Shown here in pieces: positions 20,636 through 30,702 of a DNA stretch of 54,374 nucleotides (position 1 is its first letter; each line of letters starts with the position of its first letter). A program made the translations under genes and the position numbers. The notes beneath the pieces were generated by a model. That model ran no database searches, was not told the origin of the DNA, and worked only from the letters and a program-made list of their open reading frames with translations. This DNA comes from a virus (Duplodnaviria; Caudoviricetes), in IMG/VR virus record IMGVR_UViG_3300008963_000004, positions 1 to 54,374 of that record; one strand, 5' to 3'.

Positions 20636-21721
20636 ATGGCAACTAAATCATTTGATCCAACGAAATTTCGTAATTCGTTGACCAAATCTATAACAGGTAT
20701 GAGTGCTGGATTTAATGATCCAACTGATTGGATAAGCACTGGAAATTTTGCACTAAATTATCTTATTAGCGGAGATTTTCATCGCGGCATTCCTTTAGGT
20801 AAAGTAAGCTGCTTTGCAGGCGAATCGGGTGCAGGTAAAAGTTTCATTTGTTCTGGTACTTTGGTACGTGAAGCACAAAAACAAGGTATTTTTGTAGTAT
20901 TAATCGACAGTGAAAATGCACTGGACGAATCATGGTTGCAGGCACTTGATGTAGACACTTCTGAGGATAAATTGCTCAAACTCAATATGGCAATGATAGA
21001 CGATGTTGCAAAAACTATAACATTGTTTATGAAAGATTATAAAGATACGCCTGAAGAAGAACGTCCAAAGGTATTATTTGTAGTTGATTCATTGGGCATG
21101 CTTATGAGTCCAACTGAACTTAATCAGTTTGAAGCAGGTGATATGAAAGGCGACATGGGTCGCAAGGCCAAAGCACTAAAGGCACTGGTAACCAACTGTG
21201 TCAATATGTTTGGTGCACACAATGTTGGTCTAGTAGCAACTAATCACACATATGCAAGCCAAGATATGTTTGATCCAGATGATAAGATTGCAGGAGGTCA
21301 AGGTTTCATTTATGCATCAAGTATTGTTGTAGCAATGAAAAAGCTAAAACTAAAAGAAGACGAAAACGGCGTAAAAAGTTCAACTGTTCATGGTATCCGT
21401 GCCAAATGCAAAGTAATGAAAAGCCGTTATGCAAAACCTTTTGAAAGTGTAGAAGTGCGAATTCCTTATGAAACAGGCATGGATCCGTACAGCGGCCTAT
21501 TCGATCTGTTCGAAGCCAAAGGCTTATTAGAGAAAAAGGGCAATCGTTACAGCTATATTACCAGCGACGGTAACGAAATTATTGAATTTCGCAAAAATTG
21601 GAAGGGCGAATTGTTTGATAATGTAATGGCTGATTTGCCAAGAAAAGAAGAAGAACTACTAAATATAGTCGAATCTGAAGAATCAGAGGATGATTATATA
21701 GAGGAGCATGAAGCCGAATGA
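20636..21721 (+). CDS. uvsX: RecA-like recombinase UvsX
   Basis: GESGAGKS Walker A, IDSENA, VVDSLG, GDMGRKAK, NHTY. Confidence 0.95.
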   Translation: MATKSFDPTKFRNSLTKSITGMSAGFNDPTDWISTGNFALNYLISGDFHRGIPLGKVSCFAGESGAGKSFICSGTLVREAQKQGIFVVLIDSENALDESWLQALDVDTSEDKLLKLNMAMIDDVAKTITLFMKDYKDTPEEERPKVLFVVDSLGMLMSPTELNQFEAGDMKGDMGRKAKALKALVTNCVNMFGAHNVGLVATNHTYASQDMFDPDDKIAGGQGFIYASSIVVAMKKLKLKEDENGVKSSTVHGIRAKCKVMKSRYAKPFESVEVRIPYETGMDPYSGLFDLFEAKGLLEKKGNRYSYITSDGNEIIEFRKNWKGELFDNVMADLPRKEEELLNIVESEESEDDYIEEHEAE

Positions 21722-21936
21722 ATGAAGAATTTGTTGCTGATATTTGGATGATGATGAAAGAATATCTAGATAAGAAACATGTTGAATTAGCAGCTGAAAG
21801 ATTTGTAGATGCTATAATTGATTATGGCATAAGTGACGAAGATCTCAAAGAAATGTTAGGAACAGATACACATCTTGATGCAGCAATTCAATATTATCTT
21901 GAAATGGATATTGATTTTGATAACGAGGATGATTAA
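21718..21936 (+). CDS. Small acidic hypothetical protein
   Basis: Translationally coupled between uvsX and uvsY. Confidence 0.65.
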   Translation: MNEEFVADIWMMMKEYLDKKHVELAAERFVDAIIDYGISDEDLKEMLGTDTHLDAAIQYYLEMDIDFDNEDD

Positions 21937-22391
21937 TGGGATGGTATAGTAGCGTTTCTCGTGACATTGGAAAAATTCCTGACGCTATTGCATATTTTGA
22001 AAATGAATTACAACAAGCTCGTATGGAAGTAAAACTTGTCGGTAATGTCGAACGTGCATCTGCAGAACTGCCTGGTATAGTCGAACACAGATTTAATCAA
22101 CTTCAAGAAATAGAAGCAATACTTGAATATCTTAATATAGAGTTGCGCAAATTGCGCAGCTCTTTCTTTAAACAGTATTTAGAAAACTATCAACGTGCTC
22201 TAAGCAGTCGCGATGTTGAAAAATATGTTGACGGTGAAAGTGATGTTTGTGATTACGAAAAAATCATAAACGAATTTGCGCTAATGCGTAACAAATGGTT
22301 AGGTGTACTGAAAGCACTTGATCAAAAGCAATGGCAAATTACAAACATTGTTAAACTACGTGTAGCAGGAATGGAAGATGCTACATTATAG
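21936..22391 (+). CDS. uvsY: Recombination mediator UvsY
   Basis: Helical; KYVDGE, KALDQKQWQI.NIVKLR.AG. Confidence 0.8.
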   Translation: MGWYSSVSRDIGKIPDAIAYFENELQQARMEVKLVGNVERASAELPGIVEHRFNQLQEIEAILEYLNIELRKLRSSFFKQYLENYQRALSSRDVEKYVDGESDVCDYEKIINEFALMRNKWLGVLKALDQKQWQITNIVKLRVAGMEDATL

Positions 22392-22402
22392 GAATTTTTA
22401 AA

Positions 22403-22957
22403 ATGAGCAATATAAGCAATGAATATAAAAGTCAAATTAAAATATTATATTCTCAAAACAAAATGGGCAAAAATAGTAAAAGAAAAATACCCAAACTGTT
22501 TAATATGCCAGAGTTTTTAGAAAAATACAACCCAAATAGTATTATAGATTATGGTTGCGGATCTGGCGGAGTTGTTAATTATCTGTCAGAAACTTATAAT
22601 CTTGTAGAAGGTTATGACCCTTGTGTAGAAAGATACACTGTTTATCCAGACAAAGAATATGATGTTTTAGTTTCTATGGATGTATTAGAACATATAGAAC
22701 CTAAATTATTAGATGAGAATTTAAAGTCTATAAGTAAATTATTTACAAAAGCTGCATATTTAGATATTCATACTGGGTCATCACCGACAGTTCTTCCCGA
22801 TGGAAGAAATGCTCATTTAATACAAGAACAACCTGATTTTTGGCGTAAAAATATTTTAAAAAATATGAATGTAAAAATTGTAGATGAGTTTTGGAGAGAT
22901 CCGGTAAAAAAAGACGCTAAAATTTTAAATTATATTTTTATAGTTGAAAAAATATGA
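22403..22957 (+). CDS. Class I SAM-dependent methyltransferase
   Basis: IIDYGCGSG, YDP, DVLEHIEP, LPDGRNAH. Confidence 0.85.
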   Translation: MSNISNEYKSQIKILYSQNKMGKNSKRKIPKLFNMPEFLEKYNPNSIIDYGCGSGGVVNYLSETYNLVEGYDPCVERYTVYPDKEYDVLVSMDVLEHIEPKLLDENLKSISKLFTKAAYLDIHTGSSPTVLPDGRNAHLIQEQPDFWRKNILKNMNVKIVDEFWRDPVKKDAKILNYIFIVEKI

Positions 22958-23541
22958 AAATAATAATGTCATGTTCGTCTTCTCCAGACTTTATAAAAAA
23001 ATGGAAAAGATGTATAAATTCACAAAAAAAATATTGCCAATTACATGGATATGATTATGTAATTGATGACCGCCCTTTATTAGAAGGGCAAACTAATTCA
23101 GAATGGACTTGGAAGAAACATTATACATTAGATCAATATGAAGAAACGCATGACATATTTGTTGCAATTGATGCTGACTGTGAAATCAAACCTAACACAC
23201 CGCCGATTGAAAGTTTTTTAAACAAAAATAGCATATATTATGTATTAGGGGTTTCTAAAAGACCAAATGCAGGATTTATGGTTTATCGAAATGATTCTAT
23301 AAGAAAATATTTTCATACTGAACTTATAAAAAGACGTTTGCAAAAAGTTCCGTCAAAATTTAAGGTTAAACCATCTGGCGATAATGGACATGTAATATGG
23401 ATATTATCCGAAATGTCGGAAGGACTGCAAGAACTTCCTTTGGAATGGAATTGTAGTCAACCTAAATATAAAGATAGTGCATATATATTGCATTATACAA
23501 ATCATCTAAGAAAATATTATAATGATTTACGAAGTTCATAG
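22954..23541 (+). CDS. Glycosyltransferase (GT-A, GT34-like)
   Basis: Y...HGYDY, W.K, IDAD, NAG, LP.EWN, ILHY. Confidence 0.65.
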   Translation: MKIIMSCSSSPDFIKKWKRCINSQKKYCQLHGYDYVIDDRPLLEGQTNSEWTWKKHYTLDQYEETHDIFVAIDADCEIKPNTPPIESFLNKNSIYYVLGVSKRPNAGFMVYRNDSIRKYFHTELIKRRLQKVPSKFKVKPSGDNGHVIWILSEMSEGLQELPLEWNCSQPKYKDSAYILHYTNHLRKYYNDLRSS

Positions 23542-24280
23542 AAAAGTATACAATAATATAGGAGATTACTACTGTAATCCGAGTAAATATTTTAATTTTT
23601 CAGAAGTCACCTCTGGTGAAATAATGTATAATGATTTTCCTGTAAAAGACAACATTTTAATTATTGGCGGCGGTGGACTTATTCACAAAAAATTTCAACT
23701 ACATATTCAAAATATATTAAATAAATCTCCTAAATTCAGCGTATTATGGGGTATTGGACATAATTTTGGAAAAAAACATGTAAAAAAACAAGGCAGCAAT
23801 GTTTACTATCCTAAATGGATTGACGAAGTTGATTTAGTAGGAATTAGAGATTGGATTCCTGGTCAAGAAAAATACTACCTTCCTTGTGTTAGTTGTATGC
23901 ATAATACATTTAATAAGTCATACAAAAGTCAATATGAATTTGTGTATTTTACACATGCTTTTAAATCTAAATATACTCTTAACAATTATCCTCATATGTC
24001 AAACAACGAAATGAACTTTGACAAGGTTATAGAATTTTTAGGTAGTGGAAATACAGTCATAACAGACAGTTATCACGGAGCATATTGGGCACAGTTATTA
24101 GGAAAAAATGTAATTGTATCAAGCTGGAGTGTTAAGTTCGATCACATGAAATATCCACCAAAATTTATAAACTCAATTAACGATACTCCGATTATTATTA
24201 ACAATAGACTCGATGGGTTTTTAGAAGAATGTAGACATCTAAATGAAGTTTTCTATCAAAAGTTTTTAAGCTGTTTATAA
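23522..24280 (+). CDS. Polysaccharide pyruvyltransferase-like protein
   Basis: NIGD, IIGGGGL, WGIG, GIRD, VITDSYHG..WA.LLGK. Confidence 0.7.
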   Translation: MIYEVHRKVYNNIGDYYCNPSKYFNFSEVTSGEIMYNDFPVKDNILIIGGGGLIHKKFQLHIQNILNKSPKFSVLWGIGHNFGKKHVKKQGSNVYYPKWIDEVDLVGIRDWIPGQEKYYLPCVSCMHNTFNKSYKSQYEFVYFTHAFKSKYTLNNYPHMSNNEMNFDKVIEFLGSGNTVITDSYHGAYWAQLLGKNVIVSSWSVKFDHMKYPPKFINSINDTPIIINNRLDGFLEECRHLNEVFYQKFLSCL

Positions 24281-24297
24281 CACTTATAAATATCTAC

Positions 24298-25080
24298 ATG
24301 AACAAAGTAGTTTTAACCACGGGAGGCTTCGATCCTCCTCACTCGGGACATATCGAATACTTCAAAGCAGCACGAGAACTTGGTGATCATTTAGTAGTCG
24401 GTCTCAATTCAGATGCATGGTTAACTCGTAAAAAAGGCAGGCCGTTTATGCCCGTCGAAGAACGAGCTGCTATTATCAAAGAGTTAGAGTGTGTTGACGA
24501 AGTTATTACATTTAACGACAACGATGACAGTTCTTGTGCAGCTATTATGCAGGTTTTACAAACCAAAAGTACCAGCTGGAAAATTGTTTTTGCCAACGGT
24601 GGCGATAGAGACAGTGCTAAAAATACGCCAGAATTCGAAACATATGGCGATCATCCTGACGTAGAATTTCGCTGGGGTGTCGGCGGCAAAAACAAAAAGA
24701 ATTCCAGCAGTTGGATTCTAGATGAATGGAAAACTCAAAAAACCGAACGAGATTGGGGATACTGGAGAGTGCTAGACGATAAGCCTGCAAAAGGTTATAA
24801 AGTTAAAGAATTGGTAATTTATCCAGGTAAGAGTCTTAGCAATCAGCGACATTTTAAAAGATCTGAACACTGGCATGTTCTTGAAGGCGAAGTAAAGATG
24901 GACACAGAATATCAAGGTAGAAACGAAACAGTTCATCTTTTTCCTGAAAACGTTCACGGTTATCTAATTGAAAAAATGGTTTGGCACCAAGCTAGTAATC
25001 CAGGAAATAAAAATGCTCACATACTTGAAATACAATGGGGTACTGAGTGTATTGAAAATGATATTGAAAGGAAAAATTAA
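24298..25080 (+). CDS. Cytidylyltransferase fused to a cupin (mannose-6-P isomerase-like) domain
   Basis: GGFDPPHSGH, VGLNSD, FANGGDR; C-terminal RDWG, SLS.QRH..RSEHW, WH...NPG, EIQ.G. Confidence 0.85.
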   Translation: MNKVVLTTGGFDPPHSGHIEYFKAARELGDHLVVGLNSDAWLTRKKGRPFMPVEERAAIIKELECVDEVITFNDNDDSSCAAIMQVLQTKSTSWKIVFANGGDRDSAKNTPEFETYGDHPDVEFRWGVGGKNKKNSSSWILDEWKTQKTERDWGYWRVLDDKPAKGYKVKELVIYPGKSLSNQRHFKRSEHWHVLEGEVKMDTEYQGRNETVHLFPENVHGYLIEKMVWHQASNPGNKNAHILEIQWGTECIENDIERKN

Positions 25081-25784
25081 TGAAAATATTTGTAGGATGG
25101 GACAGCAGAGAAGACATTGCATACCAAGTGTGTAAACACAGCATTGTAAGCAAACAACCCGAAGCAGAAGTGGTTCCTTTAAAGCAGCACGAACTTAGAG
25201 AAAAAAATCTCTATTGGAGAGAACGAGATCTTATGGCCAGTACAGAATTTACCTTTACTAGATTTTTACTTCCAGAATTAACCGAGTACAAGGGCTGGGC
25301 GTTGTTTATGGATTGTGATATGATACTCACTACAGACATCAAAGAACTATTTGATCAAGCAGATGATCAGTATGCTGTGATGTGTGTACAACATGATTAT
25401 ACTCCCAGAGAAGGTGTTAAAATGGATGGCCAAAAGCAAACAGTTTACCCAAGAAAAAATTGGTCAAGTGTAATGTTAATCAACTGTGGTCATCCTAGCA
25501 ATCGTGCATTAAACCGAGAACTTGTAAATGATCCTGAAATCGGCGGTGCATATTTACATCGATTCAGCTGGCTAGATGACAGTGAGATTGGAGAACTAGA
25601 TCACACGTGGAATTATCTAGTTGGTGTTTATGATGATATTAAAAAACCCAAACTGATACACTATACCGAAGGCGGTCCCTATTTTAAGGATTATTTTTAT
25701 TGTGACTATCATCAATTATGGAAAGATGAATACAAAGGTATGACTGGGAATATTTTTACCGAAGATAATGTTTTAGATAAATAA
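25080..25784 (+). CDS. Glycosyltransferase (GT8-like)
   Basis: IFVGWDSRE, STEFTFTRF, FMDCD, YPRKNWSS, WN.LVG, HYTEGGP. Confidence 0.8.
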   Translation: MKIFVGWDSREDIAYQVCKHSIVSKQPEAEVVPLKQHELREKNLYWRERDLMASTEFTFTRFLLPELTEYKGWALFMDCDMILTTDIKELFDQADDQYAVMCVQHDYTPREGVKMDGQKQTVYPRKNWSSVMLINCGHPSNRALNRELVNDPEIGGAYLHRFSWLDDSEIGELDHTWNYLVGVYDDIKKPKLIHYTEGGPYFKDYFYCDYHQLWKDEYKGMTGNIFTEDNVLDK

Positions 25785-25806
25785 CATTATACTAACGGAG
25801 GCCTCT

Positions 25807-26496
25807 ATGTATTATGTTTATGAACTGATTGATCCTAGAACTAACATTCCTTTTTATGTAGGAAAAGGTACAGGTAGTCGAGCAAATATGCATTATAAAG
25901 AATCAGAATGGTGGTATAATAAAAGAAAGGCTGGAAGAATTAAAAAGTTATTAGATTTAAATTTAAATTATAAAGTTAAAAAAGTTTTCTTTACAGATAA
26001 TGAAGAAGAAGCAAAGATTTTTGAAAAAAGATTAATAGAACAATATGGCAGGATAGGATTTGAGGATGAAGGAGTTTTATTAAACTTAACATTAGATTCA
26101 AATCCTCCCAGTCGAAAAGGAAATCCTGGAACATTTAAAGGTAAAAAACATACTGAAGAAACCAAAGAAAAATTAAGAGAACATAATAAAAAACAATTTG
26201 AAGATCCTAAGCAGATTGAGTTAAGAAGAAATAAAACAAAAGAACTTTGGAAGAACGATGAATATCGTGCTAAACAAAAAATAGCAAAGAAAAATCAAAT
26301 AGCAACTAAGCCGGCTAGATATAAAGTATATTTTCCAGACGGAAGTACTAAAATAATAATTAATCTATCAAAGTGGTGTAAAGAAAACAATTATCCTTGT
26401 GGTACATTAAGAGATACCCTGCCGCAAAGGAAAAATGATATTCCTTCTAGGGGTAGAGCAAAAGGAATGTATATAAGGATATGTAATGATACTTAA
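25807..26496 (+). mobile_element. Free-standing GIY-YIG homing endonuclease with NUMOD3-like motif
   Basis: YYVYELIDP...FYVGKG...R...H, E..LI..YG, LLN; FKGKKHTEETKEKL. Confidence 0.85.
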
Positions 26497-26557
26497 TTAT
26501 ATAAATTGTCCTCTAGCAGAATACTGGAAAAACGAATTGTTTGATATGATGAAATGA
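26495..26557 (+). pseudogene. Stranded original 3' end of the GT8-like gene
   Basis: NYINCPLAEYWKNELFDMMK* parallels DYFYCDYHQLWKDEYKGM; its TGA overlaps the next ATG. Confidence 0.65.
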
Positions 26558-27336
26558 TCTGTTTAAGTAAGAATCTTACTGATGAATATGTAAACTTATT
26601 TGCAAAAGGTGCAAATTTACCTATAAGAGATTACAGCGACGATATAGGTGATTCACCTGTGCTTATTCGTAGCATTGCAAAAAGAAACTTGATTCAACAG
26701 AGATTAAAAGACAATCAAACGTTTTATTATATGGATAGCGGGTATATCGGGAACTATCCAGGAGAAATAAATCCGCGCGGAATCAAAATATTTCACAGAA
26801 TAGTAAAAAACGGACTACAACACAATGAAATAATACCAAGACCAGCTGATCGTTGGGAACGATTAAAAACAAAAGTGCATAAACAAAAACGCAATGGCAA
26901 TCATATATTATTAGTATTGCCCAGTGAAAAACCATGTAAATTTTACAACATTGATTTAGAAACTTGGACATCAGAAACAATCGACAAAATCAAAGAAAAC
27001 ACAGATAGGCCCGTAGTTGTTAGGAAAAAACCTTCAAGGTCAGAACGTATAAAACAAAAGTCAATATACCAAGATCTTGAAAAATGTCATGCAATGGTTA
27101 CGTTTAATAGCATTGCTGCTGTTGAGAGTGTAATCTATGGAGTACCTGCATTTACACTTGCTCCAACTGCTGCCGACCCTGTGTGCGACAAGGATTTAAC
27201 ATTATTAGAAAATCCTACACTACATCATATAGATAAATTACATGCCTGGGCTCATCATTTAGCATATGGACAGTTTCACATAGACGAAATGAAAAATGGC
27301 ACAGCTTATAGGATATTAACAAATGAAAACAGTTAG
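26554..27336 (+). CDS. Capsule-biosynthesis-like (KpsS/GT-B-like) protein
   Basis: TDRPVVVRKKP, VTFNS.AAVES...GVP.F; paralog of 27323 and 29840. Confidence 0.55.
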   Translation: MICLSKNLTDEYVNLFAKGANLPIRDYSDDIGDSPVLIRSIAKRNLIQQRLKDNQTFYYMDSGYIGNYPGEINPRGIKIFHRIVKNGLQHNEIIPRPADRWERLKTKVHKQKRNGNHILLVLPSEKPCKFYNIDLETWTSETIDKIKENTDRPVVVRKKPSRSERIKQKSIYQDLEKCHAMVTFNSIAAVESVIYGVPAFTLAPTAADPVCDKDLTLLENPTLHHIDKLHAWAHHLAYGQFHIDEMKNGTAYRILTNENS

Positions 27337-28234
27337 AGTTTACTATGCAGGTATTCCTAAAAAAAATACCAAGCCAGAAAAAAGAAATGTTTTAAAATAT
27401 TTTCATCAAGGTGTTCCATATAATCAAAGCAAAGAAATTGAAAAAATGCAGTGGGAACCGAGTGATCTTGCAGTGATGCAAGGTTGGGTTCATGAAAACA
27501 GTGAAAGTGTACCTCATCTAAATTTTCGAAAAACAATTATACATGAACAGAGAAGAATCGGAAAACACACATTAGCTATTGATTCAAATCTATTTTTGTA
27601 TAGAGATCCAAACAATACAAAAAACTATTTGAGATTTAGTTTAGATGATGTATTTCCTACCACAGGAAATTATTTTACTGATAACATAGATCCCTGTCGT
27701 TGGCATAAAATTAAAACAGACATAGGGTTTGATTTACAGCCATGGCGTACCTCAGGCGAACACATTTTAATCTGTTTACAAAGAAACGGCGGCTGGAGTA
27801 TGTCGGGACTTGATATTATGAAATGGTGTAATCAAACCATTGAAAAAATAAAACAACACACTGATAGACCTGTTACGGTTAGAGCACACCCGGGCGACAA
27901 ACGAGCAAAACAATATTTAAAATTAAAATATCCTAATGTAAAAATATCTAAAAACTCTAATATATTAGAAGACTTCGAAAATTGTTGGGCAACAGTTACA
28001 TATAACAGTTCACCTGGAGTTGCAAGTGCTATAGAAGGAATACCGGTTTTTGTTACAGATAAAAATCCAAAACGCAGTCAGGCATTTGATGTAGCAAATG
28101 TCGATCTTATAAATATCGAAAATCCTAAAACAGTTGAAAGACAACAGTGGGTAGAGAAACTTGCAATGAGTCATTACAACTTTGAAGATTTAAAAAATGG
28201 TACAGCATGGAATACAATTAAGGATTACATATGA
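27323..28234 (+). CDS. Capsule-biosynthesis-like (KpsS/GT-B-like) protein
   Basis: HILICLQ, TDRPVTVRAHP, VTYNSSPGV.SAIEGIPVF. Confidence 0.55.
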   Translation: MKTVRVYYAGIPKKNTKPEKRNVLKYFHQGVPYNQSKEIEKMQWEPSDLAVMQGWVHENSESVPHLNFRKTIIHEQRRIGKHTLAIDSNLFLYRDPNNTKNYLRFSLDDVFPTTGNYFTDNIDPCRWHKIKTDIGFDLQPWRTSGEHILICLQRNGGWSMSGLDIMKWCNQTIEKIKQHTDRPVTVRAHPGDKRAKQYLKLKYPNVKISKNSNILEDFENCWATVTYNSSPGVASAIEGIPVFVTDKNPKRSQAFDVANVDLINIENPKTVERQQWVEKLAMSHYNFEDLKNGTAWNTIKDYI

Positions 28235-28956
28235 CAAAATATGCAGCAATAACCAGTATGGATCAAAAATATTATGATCATTGCGGAAAATCTATGCTAA
28301 GCAGTTACAAAAAATTCTGGTCAAAAAATATTCCTTTGTATGTTTACAACGAAGACAATTTTAATATAAAAATCAAAAATGTAGAATCAGTTGGATGGAA
28401 TTTATCAAACGATTATTGGGATTTTCAAAATAGACACACTAACACAAAAGTAAAAACTTTTGCCAAAAAAGGATTTCCGATTATAGATGCAATGCAGAAC
28501 ATCGAGTGCGACAGACTAATCTGGCTTGATGCTGATACAATTCTTCAACGCGAAATTCATTTACAATTGTTAAATTTAATTGCACCCGATGATGTGCTTA
28601 GCACACACTTTTCTGTATGGCACGTCAAAGACAATATTGAGTATCACAGTTGTGAAACAGGATTCTTTATATTAAATCGTCGCCACAAAGGATTTGAAGA
28701 CTTTTACGACACATATAGAGATATCTATATAAATGACAAAACTGATGGATTGAGAAGATTTTATGATGGTGAAGTATATGGTAAAACTGTTGAACTTATG
28801 CAAGACAAAGGTTATAAAGTTTTGAACTTAAATCCTGGTAAACATAAAACCCCTATACCAAGAAGCATTCTTTCACCTTATGTTACTCATTACAAAGCAG
28901 GTCTTAAAGATACGCTCGACAATAATATTCTTGAAGAAAGACACAATCTTGATTAG
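28231..28956 (+). CDS. Glycosyltransferase-like protein
   Basis: LIWLDADT, CETGF, H.K; paralog of 28953-29801. Confidence 0.65.
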   Translation: MTKYAAITSMDQKYYDHCGKSMLSSYKKFWSKNIPLYVYNEDNFNIKIKNVESVGWNLSNDYWDFQNRHTNTKVKTFAKKGFPIIDAMQNIECDRLIWLDADTILQREIHLQLLNLIAPDDVLSTHFSVWHVKDNIEYHSCETGFFILNRRHKGFEDFYDTYRDIYINDKTDGLRRFYDGEVYGKTVELMQDKGYKVLNLNPGKHKTPIPRSILSPYVTHYKAGLKDTLDNNILEERHNLD

Positions 28957-29801
28957 TATTTCCAATAACTTTCAGTTCTGTTAATCATTAGATCTTTTGG
29001 CAAACTTTTGCCTTTGTTTTTACGATCGCCTTTCATGTGATCAATCCATTTTCCTAATTTGGTATTGATTAAAGGGTGGCCCCCGCCTCCGGTTTTAGCT
29101 TCGCGCAAATACATTTCAGCTGAATAGTCTAGAACGTTTGGTGCACTCTGTTTCATTTGGTTTACAATGTGTCCAAATACATAACTATCATGCCATTCGT
29201 CTAATTCAAAAATGCCTTGATCTGCATCTTCGTACATTCTTTCAAATTCAGCTAAAAATTCTTTACAAACTGGATCATTTAAATTTAACCCGTAAAATCC
29301 GCATTCAGGCCAAGTTTGTGATCCCCGGCCCCGTCCTACATAGGTCACCCAACTGGTGCTGGGTAATAGTTCTAAGAACTCCTCGTAACTCCAATCACTG
29401 TGTACCACAGTGTCTGCATCCATCCATACACACCAATCTTTGCCTACTTTACTACATGCATCAAATACAGCATAAACTTTATTAGCAAATCTTATTGCAT
29501 CCCATTTGAATGTTTTGTGATAATCTCTAGGACGTCTGCGCTTAATATCATCGGGCGGTATGCCATTTGCTTTAGGAACATCTCTCCAATGCTGTTTGAA
29601 TGCATTTAATTTAGGCAACGCAGTTTCTGCGTTGAGTATTTCTATTCTAGACGGATCAGGATTAACTGGTTTGCAATTTTCTGCATACACAATCAGTTTG
29701 ATTCTTTTATCAACATGCCGGGCAAAACTTTCTAAAAATCGTTCTCCGTACAGTGAATATCCTTCGGGATGGAATGTTGTTACCACAGTTATAGCAGGCA
29801 T
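28953..29801 (-). CDS. Glycosyltransferase-like protein
   Basis: RFANKVYA, VWMDADT, ECGF, EWHDSYVF, DHMKG. Confidence 0.7.
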   Translation of the reverse strand: MPAITVVTTFHPEGYSLYGERFLESFARHVDKRIKLIVYAENCKPVNPDPSRIEILNAETALPKLNAFKQHWRDVPKANGIPPDDIKRRRPRDYHKTFKWDAIRFANKVYAVFDACSKVGKDWCVWMDADTVVHSDWSYEEFLELLPSTSWVTYVGRGRGSQTWPECGFYGLNLNDPVCKEFLAEFERMYEDADQGIFELDEWHDSYVFGHIVNQMKQSAPNVLDYSAEMYLREAKTGGGGHPLINTKLGKWIDHMKGDRKNKGKSLPKDLMINRTESYWKY

Positions 29802-29839
29802 TTATGTTTCCTTTGTAAATAGTATACGGATATTTACTC

Positions 29840-30688
29840 ATGAAGTTTAGTTTATTTAAAAAATATGGTGCACAGAATTCAAGACCTGTGTTTGAAGCAT
29901 TTGAAAATAGTTTGATTGCAGCTGGTCATACAGTTTGTAATGATGATATGTACAGTGATGTTGCTGTTATATGGAGTGTATTATGGCATGGTAGGATGTC
30001 TAGAAACAAGTCTGTGTGGGATCATTATCGTAAAACTGGCAGGAATGTTATAGTATTAGAAGTAGGTGGTATACAAAGAGGTACAACCTGGAAAGTAGGT
30101 TTAAACGGAGTTAATCGTGATGCCTACTTTGGCACCACAGGCAACAGCTCAGATCGTGTTCAAAAGTTAAACTTGCACAAAAAACCATGGCGTTCCAGTG
30201 GCGATTATATATTAATATGCGGACAACACAATAAAAGTCTTCAATGGGAAGGACAACCGCCAATGAGTCAATGGATAATGGATACCATTGATATTATACA
30301 AAATTACAGTGATAGACCTATTGTGTTTAGACCCCATCCGAGATGTAGACTAGATGCAATTGAATTACAATATAAAAATGTATATCGTCAAGAACCAATA
30401 AAACAAGCAAATAGTTACGATACTTTTGACATGCATTTTGATAATGTGTATGCCACTGTTAGTTGGAATAGTAATCCAGGAGTGCATAGCGTAATTGAAG
30501 GCATACCTGCTTTTGTAGGACCTGCATCCTTAGCTTATCCTGTTGGCAATAGCGATTTGAAAAAAATTGAAACTCCATTGATGCCAGATAGAACACAATG
30601 GTTAAATGATTATGCATGGACCGAGTTTACAATAGAAGAAATTGCACAAGGAATACCCCTTGAAAGATTGACAACCGCACTTGTTTAA
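29840..30688 (+). CDS. Capsule-biosynthesis-like (KpsS/GT-B-like) protein
   Basis: YILICGQ, SDRPIVFRPHP, VSWNSNPGV.SVIEGIPAF. Confidence 0.55.
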   Translation: MKFSLFKKYGAQNSRPVFEAFENSLIAAGHTVCNDDMYSDVAVIWSVLWHGRMSRNKSVWDHYRKTGRNVIVLEVGGIQRGTTWKVGLNGVNRDAYFGTTGNSSDRVQKLNLHKKPWRSSGDYILICGQHNKSLQWEGQPPMSQWIMDTIDIIQNYSDRPIVFRPHPRCRLDAIELQYKNVYRQEPIKQANSYDTFDMHFDNVYATVSWNSNPGVHSVIEGIPAFVGPASLAYPVGNSDLKKIETPLMPDRTQWLNDYAWTEFTIEEIAQGIPLERLTTALV

Positions 30689-30696
30689 GCTATAGT
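30668..30696 (+). promoter_or_regulatory. Sigma70 promoter, leaderless
   Basis: TTGACA-17-TATAGT, with ATG 6 nt later. Confidence 0.7.
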
Positions 30697-30702
30697 TAGG
30701 TT

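Noticed and set aside
25784-26557. Group I intron in the glycosyltransferase
   Set aside because: The upstream gene has its own complete C-terminus and stop, and there is too little flanking sequence for a ribozyme core.
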